Shown here one piece after another: positions 8,282 through 19,631 of a DNA stretch of 64,000 bases (its first letter is position 1; every line of letters begins with the position of its first letter). The stretch is from assembly GCA_905215055.1 (NCBI GenBank), contig CAJMOH010000001.1, forward strand, positions 34,064 through 98,063. The letters are read 5' to 3'. The translations under genes and the position numbers were made by a program. Origin of the DNA: an uncultured bacterium. GTDB taxonomy: Bacteria; Bacillota; Clostridia; Oscillospirales; Acutalibacteraceae. The notes under the pieces were generated by a model. The model was not told the DNA's origin. It was given only the letters and a program-made list of their open reading frames with translations, and made no database searches.

Positions 8282-10060
8282 TTGAAGAAGCAATCCAATC
8301 TATCCCGCCTGATGGGGTACGCGGGCAGGCGCAGATACCTGACCTATGCGTCCTGGGTGCTGTCCGCTGTCAGCGCGCTGATCGCCCTGGTTCCCTATTG
8401 GTACATTTGGCGGATTATTCAGGAGGTGCTGGCCGCGGCCCCAGATTTTCAGCGGGCTGCGGGACTGGTGCGCAACGGCTGGATGGCGGTGCTTTTCGCG
8501 GTGATCGCGGTGCTGGTGTACATTGCCGGGCTGATGTGCTCTCACATGGGAGCGTTTCGAGTGGCCACCAATCTGCGGATCGCGGCTATGGAGCATCTTG
8601 TAAAGCTGCCTCTGGGAGCCGTGGAAGCCTTTGGCAGCGGCAAGCTGCGGAAGATCGTCAACGAATCCAGCGGGGCAACGGAAACCTATTTGGCTCATCA
8701 GCTTCCGGACCGGGCGGGAGCCATTGCCACCCCCTGCGGCCTGCTGGCCCTGCTGCTTGTCTTTGACTGGCGGCTGGGACTTTTAAGCCTGGTTCCTGTG
8801 CTGCTGGGATTTCTCATCATGATGGCCATGACCGGCTCCCGGATGCAGCAGAAAATGAAGGAGTACCAAAACGCCCTGGAGGACATGTCCAACCAGGCGG
8901 TGGAGTATGTGCGGGGAATTCCCGTTGTAAAGACCTTTGGGCAAACCATTTTCTCCTTTAAAAAATTCAAGGGCTCCATTGACCAATATCAAAAATGGGT
9001 TATCGCCTACACCAAGGAGCTTCGCACGCCCATGATGTGCTATACCGCCGCCATCAACGGTGTATTTGTGTTTCTGACTGCCGGGGCGCTGCTGTTCACC
9101 CGTGACGGCGTGACCTCTGAATTTCTGCTGAATCTGCTGTTTTACATCATCATCACCCCCATCATCTCGGTAACGCTGACCAGGATCATGTTTCAAAGCG
9201 AAAACGCCATGATTGTGGACGACGCTCTCCAGCGGATTGACAGCGTGCTAAGCCTCTCTCCTCTGGAGGAAGCCTCCCGGCCCCGCTATCCTCGGGACGG
9301 CTCCATCGCTCTGTCCCATGTACGCTTCAGCTACGACGGACAGAAGGACGTGCTGAAGGACATTTCCCTGACCGTCCCCGCTGGGCAGACCGTGGCTTTT
9401 GTGGGACCGTCCGGCGGCGGGAAAACCACCCTGGCCAACGTGATCGCCCGGTTCTTTGATCCTCAAGGCGGCAGCGTTTTCATTGGCGGCGTGGATGTGA
9501 AATCCATCCCTAAGGCGGAGCTGATGAACACCATCTCCTTTGTGTTTCAACACAGCCGGCTGATTAAGACCTCCATCCTGGAAAATGTACGCATGGGAAA
9601 GCCCGGCGCCACCCGGGAGGAGGTGCTGGAAGCTCTGGAAAACGCCCAGTGCGCCGACATTTTGGAAAAACTGCCTCAGGGAGTGGACACGGTAATTGGG
9701 GCAAAAGGCGTGTACCTTTCCGGAGGGGAGCAGCAGCGCATTGCCATTGCCCGGGTCATGCTGAAGAACGCCCCCATTCTGATTTTGGACGAGGCCACCG
9801 CCTTCGCGGACCCAGACAACGAGGCCAAGGTACAGGCCGCCTTCTCCCGGCTGTCTCAGGGAAAAACCGTCATTATGATTGCCCACCGGCTGTCCACCGT
9901 GGCCAATGTGGACCGGATTTACGTCATTCAGGACGGACGGCTCGCGGAGAGCGGCACCAGCGGGGAGCTGCTGGCCAGAAACGGGCTGTTCCGCAGCATG
10001 TGGGAAAACTATCAAACCTCTGTTCAGTGGAAGGTGGAAAAGGAGGCGCAAGGCGTATGA
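8282..10060 (+). CDS. ABC transporter, fused permease/ATP-binding subunit (exporter type), subunit 1 of a heterodimer
   Basis: 6-TM N-terminal domain, Walker A GPSGGGKTT, LSGGEQQRIAIAR, ILILDEAT. TTG start with an AAAGGAGGA RBS. Confidence 0.85.
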   Translation: MKKQSNLSRLMGYAGRRRYLTYASWVLSAVSALIALVPYWYIWRIIQEVLAAAPDFQRAAGLVRNGWMAVLFAVIAVLVYIAGLMCSHMGAFRVATNLRIAAMEHLVKLPLGAVEAFGSGKLRKIVNESSGATETYLAHQLPDRAGAIATPCGLLALLLVFDWRLGLLSLVPVLLGFLIMMAMTGSRMQQKMKEYQNALEDMSNQAVEYVRGIPVVKTFGQTIFSFKKFKGSIDQYQKWVIAYTKELRTPMMCYTAAINGVFVFLTAGALLFTRDGVTSEFLLNLLFYIIITPIISVTLTRIMFQSENAMIVDDALQRIDSVLSLSPLEEASRPRYPRDGSIALSHVRFSYDGQKDVLKDISLTVPAGQTVAFVGPSGGGKTTLANVIARFFDPQGGSVFIGGVDVKSIPKAELMNTISFVFQHSRLIKTSILENVRMGKPGATREEVLEALENAQCADILEKLPQGVDTVIGAKGVYLSGGEQQRIAIARVMLKNAPILILDEATAFADPDNEAKVQAAFSRLSQGKTVIMIAHRLSTVANVDRIYVIQDGRLAESGTSGELLARNGLFRSMWENYQTSVQWKVEKEAQGV

Positions 10061-11790
10061 TGCAACGACTGCAGAAAAAGTACGCCCTGTCCCGGCAGGG
10101 CGCTAAGGATTTGGTAAAGGGCTGTTTGGCCTGCGTATTTCAAAACATCACCTTTATGATTCCCGTGGGTCTGCTGTACTCCCTGGTGGGAGACCTGCTT
10201 GACGGCGGCGTGCCGGCGGGCAAGCTCCCCCTTTACGCGGCAGGCAGCCTGGCCTGCGTGGGACTGATTTTTCTTTCCACCTACCTGCAATATAACGCCA
10301 CCTATTTTGCCACTTATGTGGAAAGCGGCGTTCGGCGCATCACCCTGGCGGAACGGCTGCGGCAAATTCCCCTTTCCTTTTTTGGAAAAAAGGACCTGGC
10401 CGATCTGACCAGCACCATCATGGCAGACTGCACCTTTTTGGAGCAGAGTTTCTCTCACTTTATTCCAGAGTTAGCTGGGTCTATCATCTCCACCGTGCTG
10501 ATTTCCGTCAGCCTGCTGTTCTTTGACTGGCGCATGGCCTTGGCCGCTTTGTGGGTGCTGCCTGTGTCCTTTGCCATTGTGGGAGGCTCCGCCAGGGTGC
10601 AGGAGCGGCTGAATCAAAAGGCCATGGACGCAAAAATGGCCTGCGCCGACGGCATTCAGGAGTGCGTGGAAGCTGTTCAGGACTTGAAGGCCAACAACGC
10701 GGAGGAAGCCTATCTGCGGGGCCTGGAAACCAAGATTCGGGCGGTTGAGCGCCGTTCCATCATCAATGAGTTTGGCTTGGCGGCTTTTGTAGTCAGCGCC
10801 TCTCTGATTTTAAAGCTGGGCATTGCCACCACCGCCCTGGCAGGATCTGTGCTGCTTCTCCAGGGGGACCTGGATATTCTGACCTTTTTCCTGTTTCTGC
10901 TGGTGGTATCCCGGCTGTACGACCCGCTCCAGGGGGCTCTGCAAAATCTGGCGGCGGTGATCTCCACCCGCACCAACATTGCCCGGATGAATGAAATTCT
11001 GGACCATCCCATTCAGCAGGGGCAAGACCGGCTTACCAACAGGGGATATGACATTCGCTTTGACCATGTGGGCTTTTCCTACAACACAGGGGAAACCGTT
11101 CTGCAGGACGTGTCCTTCACCGCCAAGCAGGGAGAGGTCACCGCGCTGGTGGGACCGTCCGGCGGCGGGAAAACCACGGTTTCCCGTCTGGCCGCCAGGT
11201 TTTGGGACATTGACAAGGGGAAAATTACTGTGGGCGGCATGGACATCTCCCAGGTGGACCCGGAAAGCCTGCTCTCCCTGTACTCCATTGTATTCCAGGA
11301 CGTGACGCTGTTTGACAACACCATCCTGGAGAATATCCGCATCGGCAACAAGAACGCCACGGACCAGGAGGTGCTGGCCGCGGCAAGGCTGGCGAACGTG
11401 GACGAATTTGCCGAAAAGCTGCCGGACAAGTGGAACAGCAGCATTGGCGAAAACGGCTGCGAGCTTTCCGGCGGAGAGCGGCAGCGGATCTCCATCGCCA
11501 GGGCATTTTTGAAAAACGCCCCCATCATCCTGCTGGACGAGGCCACCGCTTCTCTGGACGTGGAAAATGAAACTCTGATTCAAACGGCCCTTTCCCGCCT
11601 GATTCAAGACAAGACCGTGCTGGTCATTGCCCACCGCATGCGGACAGTGGCAGGCGCGGACAAAATTGTGGTGCTGAAGGACGGCGCTGTGGCGGAGGAA
11701 GGCACCCCCGACGCCCTTGCGAAGCGGGACGGGCTGTACGCCCACATGGTCAGGCTGCAAAACGCCAGCCAGTCCTGGACCCTGACCTGA
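10057..11790 (+). CDS. ABC transporter, fused permease/ATP-binding subunit, subunit 2
   Basis: ATGA overlap with the upstream gene. Walker A GPSGGGKTT, LSGGERQRISIAR, IILLDEAT. Start MMQRLQ at 10057 is in frame with the long track ORF. Confidence 0.85.
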   Translation: MMQRLQKKYALSRQGAKDLVKGCLACVFQNITFMIPVGLLYSLVGDLLDGGVPAGKLPLYAAGSLACVGLIFLSTYLQYNATYFATYVESGVRRITLAERLRQIPLSFFGKKDLADLTSTIMADCTFLEQSFSHFIPELAGSIISTVLISVSLLFFDWRMALAALWVLPVSFAIVGGSARVQERLNQKAMDAKMACADGIQECVEAVQDLKANNAEEAYLRGLETKIRAVERRSIINEFGLAAFVVSASLILKLGIATTALAGSVLLLQGDLDILTFFLFLLVVSRLYDPLQGALQNLAAVISTRTNIARMNEILDHPIQQGQDRLTNRGYDIRFDHVGFSYNTGETVLQDVSFTAKQGEVTALVGPSGGGKTTVSRLAARFWDIDKGKITVGGMDISQVDPESLLSLYSIVFQDVTLFDNTILENIRIGNKNATDQEVLAAARLANVDEFAEKLPDKWNSSIGENGCELSGGERQRISIARAFLKNAPIILLDEATASLDVENETLIQTALSRLIQDKTVLVIAHRMRTVAGADKIVVLKDGAVAEEGTPDALAKRDGLYAHMVRLQNASQSWTLT

Positions 11791-11867
11791 TGCGCCCAGC
11801 TTTCCCCTGGCAAAAAGGCCCCTCTCGCCAAGAGAGGAGCCTTTTTCGTTTCCAAGAGAGGTTCGTC

Positions 11868-12767
11868 CTACGACACAGCTTTTTGTACCGCCGACAAAAA
11901 CTGTCGCACCATGGGAGAGGGATTGGGAGAATGAAGCAGTCCATAGGGAATGGTGTAGTTCCAATCCACGGGAAGAATTTTCAGCAGCGGGTGGACATAC
12001 TGCCACTTCTCCACGGCCATCAGCGCATAGCTGTTGTTTTCGCACCGGTTGAATACGGACACATCGTAAAAATCAAAGTCCACAATCTGGATCTGGGGAT
12101 GATTTTTCCACAGGTCGTCCCGAAGCTGGTCCACATAGTGGCTCCAGTCCCGGTGCATCAGCATCAGCCTTTCCCCATACAGGTCCTGGACCGTCAGCCG
12201 GTCCTTTTGGGCCAGCCGGTGATGGATGGACACCGCCACGCAGATTGGCTCCTTGGAAATCTCCAGTCCATCGCACCTTCGCAGGTTCAGCATGGTCTCA
12301 TCGAATACCCCTGCCACCACGTCGATATGCTGCCCCAAATTGCCGAGAATCTCCCGGGCGTTTTCCAGGGTATTGTCAAAGGGGATCAGCTGGAATTTTG
12401 TGGTGGGGCAATACTTTTGCAGCTGAGGCCACATCTCCACCAGCACCTGGGCGGGCGTCATGGGAGAGGTGCCAATGCGGATTACATTTTCCGTCTCCTG
12501 CATGGCGTTGCGGGCGCGGGTGACAGAATCCTTGCAATATTGGATGATGTATTTTGTGTCTTGATAAAGGGACTGGCCGGCCTTGGTCAGCTGCAGGCCG
12601 CGGTGTGTGCGGACAAACAGCTGCAGCTCCAGGTTTTCCTCCAGCAGATTGATCTGCTTAATCACCGCCGGGGGCGATATAAACAGCCGCTCCGCCGCCT
12701 TGTTGAAGCTGCCCGACTCCGCCACGCAGAGAAACGTGTCCAACTGCGGATTGTACAAAAAACGCAC
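11868..12767 (-). CDS. LysR family transcriptional regulator
   Basis: N-terminal LysR HTH (LDTFLCVAESGSFNKAAERLFISPPAVIKQINLLEENL) with a C-terminal substrate-binding domain. Confidence 0.85.
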   Translation of the reverse strand: MRFLYNPQLDTFLCVAESGSFNKAAERLFISPPAVIKQINLLEENLELQLFVRTHRGLQLTKAGQSLYQDTKYIIQYCKDSVTRARNAMQETENVIRIGTSPMTPAQVLVEMWPQLQKYCPTTKFQLIPFDNTLENAREILGNLGQHIDVVAGVFDETMLNLRRCDGLEISKEPICVAVSIHHRLAQKDRLTVQDLYGERLMLMHRDWSHYVDQLRDDLWKNHPQIQIVDFDFYDVSVFNRCENNSYALMAVEKWQYVHPLLKILPVDWNYTIPYGLLHSPNPSPMVRQFLSAVQKAVS

Positions 12768-12786
12768 CCTCCTTTTCTTTGCTGAG

Positions 12787-12830
12787 AAACTGGGAAAAGG
12801 GCTTTTGCCATGTAATGAGGCAAAGCCCTT
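12787..12830 (-). terminator. Stem-loop terminator downstream of the DUF362 gene
   Basis: A 13-bp stem (AAGGGCTTTTGCC / GGCAAAGCCCTT) with a T-rich tract on the minus strand. Confidence 0.45.
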
Positions 12831-12848
12831 TCCTTATTGCGCCTTGTC

Positions 12849-13853
12849 TTATCCCTGGAAGGGCTTCACGCCCCGCACAGCGTCCTGAACGGAAAGCAGG
12901 ACGTCCCCGTTGTCAATATCCACCAGCAGGTAGCGGTCGTTGCCCATGCCCAGCTCCTTCATGTAGGTGAGCTGCCGCAGGCCGTGGCGGGACTCCATCC
13001 GCTCTACCAGGGCGTGGTGGTCGCTCTCGTTCAGGGCGTACACCAGGTCCACGCTGGCCTGGTCCACCGCCAGAATGTCCGTGGAGGCGCAGATACCAAT
13101 GTTGGGGGTGACCACCGGCTCGGCGGCAGTTCCCTCGCAGTCGCAGGAGACAGACATATTCCGCAGCACATTCACATAGGTGACATGCCTGCCGAAGTGG
13201 TCGATGGCCGCCTTGCAGGACTCGGTCATCCGCTCCATAAACTCCTCGAAGCTGATGTCCCACATGTCGCTGGAGCCGGGGGTGGTGTGGATCATTTTCT
13301 TGCCCACCTGGCCGTCGGCGCAGCCAATGCCGATGTTCTTGTTGGAGCCGCCGAAGCCGCCTTTCGAATGGCCCTTAAAGTGGGTGAGGGCCACCATGGA
13401 GTCGTAGTGCAGCAGGTTCTTGCCCATGGACATTTCCGTAAACCACTTGCCGCCGTTTACGGGGAGCATGACAGTGCCCTCCGCGTCCAGGATGTCCACA
13501 GGGCAGAAGGTCCAGCCGTTGACCTTCAGGGTCTCCCGGTGGGATTCCGTGGTGTAGCGGTCCCCCTTGTAATAGGTGTTGGTCTCGATGATGGAGGCCC
13601 CCGGCAGGTCTTTCTGGATCAGGTTTTCCACCCAATCCCGGGGGATGATGTTGGGGCCGTGTTTCTCGCCGGTGTGGAGCTTCACGCCCACCTTGCCGGT
13701 GATGTTCCCGTTTACCCGCCGGTAAATTTTCTCCAGGCCCGCGGCGGACAGGTCCCGGGTGAAGTAGACGATAGATTCATTCCCGGTGCGCTCCTCGTAA
13801 GGCACATAGTGATCTCCGCCGGCGCCGGGCAAAATGTGGTTTTCGCTCATGGC
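12849..13853 (-). CDS. DUF362-like protein (Fe-S enzyme-associated domain of unknown function)
   Basis: Family resemblance only (…KLHTGEKHGPNIIPRDW…THFKGHSKGGFGGSNKNIGIGCADG…). Start placed at MSENHILPG, where a GGAGGA RBS sits. Confidence 0.45.
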   Translation of the reverse strand, partial: AMSENHILPGAGGDHYVPYEERTGNESIVYFTRDLSAAGLEKIYRRVNGNITGKVGVKLHTGEKHGPNIIPRDWVENLIQKDLPGASIIETNTYYKGDRYTTESHRETLKVNGWTFCPVDILDAEGTVMLPVNGGKWFTEMSMGKNLLHYDSMVALTHFKGHSKGGFGGSNKNIGIGCADGQVGKKMIHTTPGSSDMWDISFEEFMERMTESCKAAIDHFGRHVTYVNVLRNMSVSCDCEGTAAEPVVTPNIGICASTDILAVDQASVDLVYALNESDHHALVERMESRHGLRQLTYMKELGMGNDRYLLVDIDNGDVLLSVQDAVRGVKPFQG

Positions 13854-14077
13854 AAATCCTCCGTTTCTGTAAGAGATGGCTCCCCCTTTGTTTTCTTGTT
13901 TTAGTATAGCCCCTTTTCCATTAAATAGCAAATGCTTTGTATTTATAGCGTTCCATAGATAGCAGCAATCTCTTTTTCAGGGATTCCGCCTGGGAGTCTT
14001 TGGAAAAAGCCTGTTTCTCACCCCGCGCCCATTCGTCAGGAGCCAACACACAGCGGAAAAAGGGCAGCTACCTAAAA

Positions 14078-14112
14078 AACGGCGCCTTCCAGCTTGGAAA
14101 GCGCCGCCACTC
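14078..14112 (-). terminator. Rho-independent terminator after the gpmA remnant
   Basis: A perfect 10-bp stem (GGCGCTTTCC / GGAAGGCGCC) is followed by GTTTTTT on the minus strand. Confidence 0.55.
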
Positions 14113-14156
14113 GCACCGGGACAGCCGCGGAAGCCACCGCTTGTCTCCCCTCTGCG

Positions 14157-14503
14157 TCATCCTTTTGTTCCCTGGTTTTTCACCGCCTGCATCCTTTGCC
14201 GGACTGCCTCTGGGTCCCCAAAATAACGGCGGTCCACCGGGCGAAGGCGATCATCCAGCTCGTAGACCAGGGGAATCCCTGTGGGAATATTGGCCTCCAC
14301 AATCTTCTTGCCGGAAAGATTTTCCAGGTATTTTACCAGCGCCCGCAAGGAATTGCCGTGGGCCGCGGAAAAGCCTTCCTCACGAAGCAAGCGGCCTCCT
14401 GCCGGCCGCTTTCAGAAAGGTCCACGTCGGTCCAGCCCGTAAACAGGTTTCCCTTGTTCCACTGGCTTTCCCCGTGCCGGACCATAACCAGTTGACAGCC
14501 CAT
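14157..14503 (-). pseudogene. gpmA: 2,3-bisphosphoglycerate-dependent phosphoglycerate mutase (gpmA) remnant, carrying both a frameshift and a ~130-codon internal deletion
   Basis: An N-terminal fragment [39 protein letters not shown] carries the RHGxxxWN catalytic-His signature. It shifts frame into LLREEGFS joined directly to [18 protein letters not shown]…[13 protein letters not shown]…, the GpmA C-terminal third. The total is ~115 codons against ~230 for intact GpmA. Confidence 0.6.
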
Positions 14504-14519
14504 AACTCTCCCCCCTTTT

Positions 14520-15890
<1,371 letters not shown>

Positions 15891-15996
15891 TAGCTGGGCT
15901 TATCATACCACAGGCCTTTGAGAAAGTCAAGAGCGGGGAATTGGAAAGGAGAACGGCAGGCTCTGCTTTCCCGCGGTAAAATTTTTTGTTCCTGCC

Positions 15997-16026
15997 TTGA
16001 CAGTGACCAGTCCTCTGCTATATATT
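15997..16026 (+). promoter_or_regulatory. Sigma-70-type promoter for the beta-helix / nucleoside hydrolase operon
   Basis: TTGACA, a 16-18-nt spacer, then TATATA/TATATT, ~60 nt before the RBS of the gene at 16084. Confidence 0.4.
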
Positions 16027-16083
16027 ATGATGGAAATCCGCTCTTTTTTGAGTGAGAATTGTGAAAAACGGAGGAGTAACAGC

Positions 16084-18078
16084 ATGATTTACTATGTGGA
16101 CGGCAAGTCCTTCCGAGATGGGAACGGCACCAAGGAACGGCCCTTTAAGCACATCAACGACGCAGCGAAAATTGCCGCGGCCGGCGACACTGTTCTGGTG
16201 GCCCCCGGCATTTATCGGGAGTATGTGGACCCCCAGAACGCCGGCACCAAGGAAAAACCCATTGTCTACAAGAGCGTTGAGCCTTTGGGAGCGGTGATTA
16301 CCGGCGCGGAGGAGATCCAGTCCTGGCAGCCCTATGAGGGCAATGTGTGGGTGGCCCGGGTGCCAAATTCCCTGTTTGGAAGCTATAACCCCTACACCAC
16401 CTATGTGTACGGCGACTGGTATTTTGCCGGACGCAGCAAGCACACCGGCTGCGTGTACTTGAACGGCAAGGCTCTGTATGAGGCTGAGAGTCTGGAGGCC
16501 TGTGTCAAGGGCGAGGTCTATGAATGCTCCTGGGAGCCGGAGGCCTCTGTTTACAAATGGTATGCCCAGCAGGACGGGGACGAGACGGTGCTTTACGCCA
16601 ACTTCCAGGGCAAGGACCCCAACCGGGAAACGGTGGAGATCAACGTGCGGCGGGAGTGCTTTATGCCCTCTAAAACCGGCGTGAGCTACATCACCGTCAG
16701 CGGATTCACCATCAGCAAAGCCGCCACCACCTGGGCGCCCCCCGCCGCCTATCAGGACGGCATGATCGGCCCCCACTGGTCCAAGGGATGGATCATTGAG
16801 GACTGCGACATCTCCAACTCCAAGTGCGCGGGTATTTCCCTGGGCAAGTATTACGACCCGGACAACGACCACTATTTCACCGTAAAGCATGTGAAGTCCC
16901 CCACCCAGATGGAACGGGACGCCGTGTGCCGGGGCCAGTACCACGGCTGGCTGAAGGAGAAGGTGGGCAGCCACATCGTCCGCCGGTGCAACATCCACCA
17001 CTGCGAGCAGGGCGGCATCATTGGACGGATGGGCGGGGTGTTCTCTGTCATCGAGGACAACCACATCCACCACATCAACAACATGATGGAGCTGGGCGGC
17101 GCGGAAATCGCCGGCATCAAAATGCACGCTGCCATCGACGTGACCTACCGGCGCAACCACATCCACCACTGCACCATGGGCATCTGGTGCGACTGGGAGG
17201 CTCAGGGCACCCGCATTACCCAGAACCTGCTCCACGACAACCAGCGCCCCTCCTTCGCCAAGCAGCTGAAGGGCGGCATGATGAGCCAGGACATCTTCGT
17301 GGAGGTGGGCCACGGTCCCACGCTGATCGACAACAACGTGCTGCTCTCCGACGTGTCTCTGCGGTTTGCCACCCAGGGCGTGGCCATGGTCCACAACCTG
17401 ATCTGCGGCGCCCTGACCTGCGTGGGCGGCGGCACAGGCCTCCGGTACACTCCCTATCACATCCCCCACCGCACGGAGGTGATGGGCTTTATGACCATCC
17501 TTCACGGCGACAACCGGTTCTACAACAACATCTTTGTGCAGAAGTGGCCCTCTGCGCCCTTTATCACCCTGCACGACAACGACGACGGCCAGGACGAGGA
17601 AAACCGCCAGGTTGGCACCCACGTTTGGGACGAATACCCCACCTATGAGGAATGGATTGCCCAGTTTGACATGGACACCGACACCCCCAACATGGGCAAG
17701 CTGGCCCCTGCCCACGACTCTCACCTGCCCATCTGGACAGAGGGCAACGCCTATCTGGGCGGGGCAAGGGCCTGGAAAAACGAGAAAAACGGCCTGACCG
17801 ACACGGAAAGCGCTGTCACGGTGGAGCTGGAGGAGCAGGACGGCCAGCCCATGCTGCGGACCAACGTCTACGATCTGCTGAAGGATTTCTCCTGCCGGAT
17901 GGTGAGCACCGATGTGCTGGGCAAGGCCTTTGAGCCGGAGGAACCCTTTGAGAACCCGGACGGCACTCCCATCACCTTTGACCGGGATTATTTTGGCGGC
18001 CACCGCGGGGCGGCTGTGCTTCCCGGCCCCTTTGCCTCCCAGGAGGATGCCGCCAAGCCTCTGTTCCAATTTGACTGA
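16084..18078 (+). CDS. Right-handed parallel beta-helix (PbH1) repeat protein, pectate-lyase-fold, cytoplasmic
   Basis: The N-terminus YYVDGKSFRDGNGTKERPFKHINDAAKIAAAGDTVLVAPGIYRE is the classic pectin-lyase-fold cap. It carries repeated NxIHH/GxxG beta-helix rungs and no signal peptide. GGAGGAG RBS present. Confidence 0.55.
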   Translation: MIYYVDGKSFRDGNGTKERPFKHINDAAKIAAAGDTVLVAPGIYREYVDPQNAGTKEKPIVYKSVEPLGAVITGAEEIQSWQPYEGNVWVARVPNSLFGSYNPYTTYVYGDWYFAGRSKHTGCVYLNGKALYEAESLEACVKGEVYECSWEPEASVYKWYAQQDGDETVLYANFQGKDPNRETVEINVRRECFMPSKTGVSYITVSGFTISKAATTWAPPAAYQDGMIGPHWSKGWIIEDCDISNSKCAGISLGKYYDPDNDHYFTVKHVKSPTQMERDAVCRGQYHGWLKEKVGSHIVRRCNIHHCEQGGIIGRMGGVFSVIEDNHIHHINNMMELGGAEIAGIKMHAAIDVTYRRNHIHHCTMGIWCDWEAQGTRITQNLLHDNQRPSFAKQLKGGMMSQDIFVEVGHGPTLIDNNVLLSDVSLRFATQGVAMVHNLICGALTCVGGGTGLRYTPYHIPHRTEVMGFMTILHGDNRFYNNIFVQKWPSAPFITLHDNDDGQDEENRQVGTHVWDEYPTYEEWIAQFDMDTDTPNMGKLAPAHDSHLPIWTEGNAYLGGARAWKNEKNGLTDTESAVTVELEEQDGQPMLRTNVYDLLKDFSCRMVSTDVLGKAFEPEEPFENPDGTPITFDRDYFGGHRGAAVLPGPFASQEDAAKPLFQFD

Positions 18079-18093
18079 GAGGAGCTGTTTTTT

Positions 18094-19023
18094 TTGGAGC
18101 TAGAAGCATTGACAGGGCTGCTCCGGCGGCTGGAACGCCCCGAAGGGCCTGTGGACGTGGTTCTGGACACCGACGCCTATAACGAGGTGGACGATCAGTT
18201 TGCTATTTCCTACCTGCTGGCCTCTCAGGACCGGCTGCGGATAAAGGCCCTGTACGCCGCCCCCTTTTTCAACGAGCGGTCCTCCGGTCCCAAGGACGGC
18301 ATGGAGAAAAGCTATCAGGAAATTCTACGGCTGCTGCGGCTGGCGGGCTTTCCCCAGCTGGAAGGTTCTGTCTTTCGCGGGTCCGACAGCTACCTGCCGG
18401 ACGAATCCACCCCGGTGCGCTCCCCCGCGGCGGAGGACCTGGCAAAACGGGCCATGGCCTATTCGCCGGAAAATCCCCTGTATGTGGCGGCCATCGGCGC
18501 ACCGACCAACGTGGCCTCTGCCCTGCTGCTGGAGCCGGCCATCGCCCAGCGGGTGGTGATCGTCTGGCTGGGCGGCCACGCCTGGGACTGGCCGGACAAC
18601 CGGGAGTTTAACGCCTTTCAGGACGTGGCGGCGGACCGGGTGATATTTGACAGTCAGGCGGCGGTGGTTCAGCTGCCCTGCCAGGGCGTTGTATCCGCCT
18701 TCCGGGTCAGCGGCCCAGAGCTCCGGCAGTATTTGCTGGGGAAAAGCCCTCTGTGCGATTACCTGGTGACACTGGTGGAGGAATCTCAAAAAGCGGAACA
18801 GGCAGGCCCCTGCTGGACCAGAGTGATCTGGGACGTGACCGCGGTGGGCTGGCTTTTGGGCCGGCGCTTTATGGAGGACCGGCTGGAGCCAAGTCCCATC
18901 TTCCAATATGACCACCATTACAGCTTCGACAAGTCCCGCCATCCCATGCGGTATGTGTATCACATTCACCGGGATGAGCTGTTCGCCGATCTCTTTGAAA
19001 AGCTGACAAGGCTGGGAAAATAA
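18094..19023 (+). CDS. Nucleoside hydrolase (IU-NH family)
   Basis: DTDAYNEVDDQFAI matches the DxDxxxDDxxA Ca2+/ribose-binding fingerprint. TTG start 16 nt after the upstream stop, with a GAGAGGAG RBS. Confidence 0.6.
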   Translation: MELEALTGLLRRLERPEGPVDVVLDTDAYNEVDDQFAISYLLASQDRLRIKALYAAPFFNERSSGPKDGMEKSYQEILRLLRLAGFPQLEGSVFRGSDSYLPDESTPVRSPAAEDLAKRAMAYSPENPLYVAAIGAPTNVASALLLEPAIAQRVVIVWLGGHAWDWPDNREFNAFQDVAADRVIFDSQAAVVQLPCQGVVSAFRVSGPELRQYLLGKSPLCDYLVTLVEESQKAEQAGPCWTRVIWDVTAVGWLLGRRFMEDRLEPSPIFQYDHHYSFDKSRHPMRYVYHIHRDELFADLFEKLTRLGK

Positions 19024-19030
19024 CTCATGA

Positions 19031-19068
19031 AAAAGCCCTTCGGTCAACACCGATGGGCTTTTTTGCGG
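19031..19068 (+). terminator. Rho-independent terminator
   Basis: GCCCTTCGGT…ACCGATGGGC stem followed by TTTTTTG. Confidence 0.5.
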
Positions 19069-19127
19069 AATGATCCGGCCTGGCTTGGACACACTAATCG
19101 CAAACCATGTGGAAAAGAGGGATCTGT

Positions 19128-19562
19128 ATGATCGAGGAAGATACCGTTAAGCTGCTGCGGGAGTGCAACGCGGGCATCAAAATGGGAGTCAGCTCTATTG
19201 ATGAGGTACTGCCCAAGGTCAAATCCAGCAGCCTGCGAAGCTCTCTGGAAAAGTGCCGGTCGGCCCACGGAAAGCTGGGTGACGAAACCCACGCTCTGCT
19301 TGCCCAGTACGGTGACGCCGGCAAGGAGCCCAGCCCCATGGCCAAGGGCATGTCCTGGATGAAGGCCAACGTCAAGCTGGCCCTGGAGGAAAGCGACGAA
19401 ACTGTGGCGGACTTGATTACCGAGGGCTGCAACATGGGGGTAAAGTCCTTAAACCGCTATCTGAACCAATATGAGGCGGCGGAGGAGCAGGCCAAGGACA
19501 TTGCCAAGCGGCTGATCGGCCTAGAATCCCATCTCGCTCAGGATATGCGTCCCTATCTCTGA
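19128..19562 (+). CDS. Hypothetical helical protein
   Basis: A 144-aa ORF with an RBS. No family recognised. Confidence 0.35.
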   Translation: MIEEDTVKLLRECNAGIKMGVSSIDEVLPKVKSSSLRSSLEKCRSAHGKLGDETHALLAQYGDAGKEPSPMAKGMSWMKANVKLALEESDETVADLITEGCNMGVKSLNRYLNQYEAAEEQAKDIAKRLIGLESHLAQDMRPYL

Positions 19563-19631
19563 GGCTGGGCGCATAGAAAAGGCCGCTGCCGCATATACTG
19601 CGGGCAGAGGCGCAGGGAAAGGATGGGTGCA

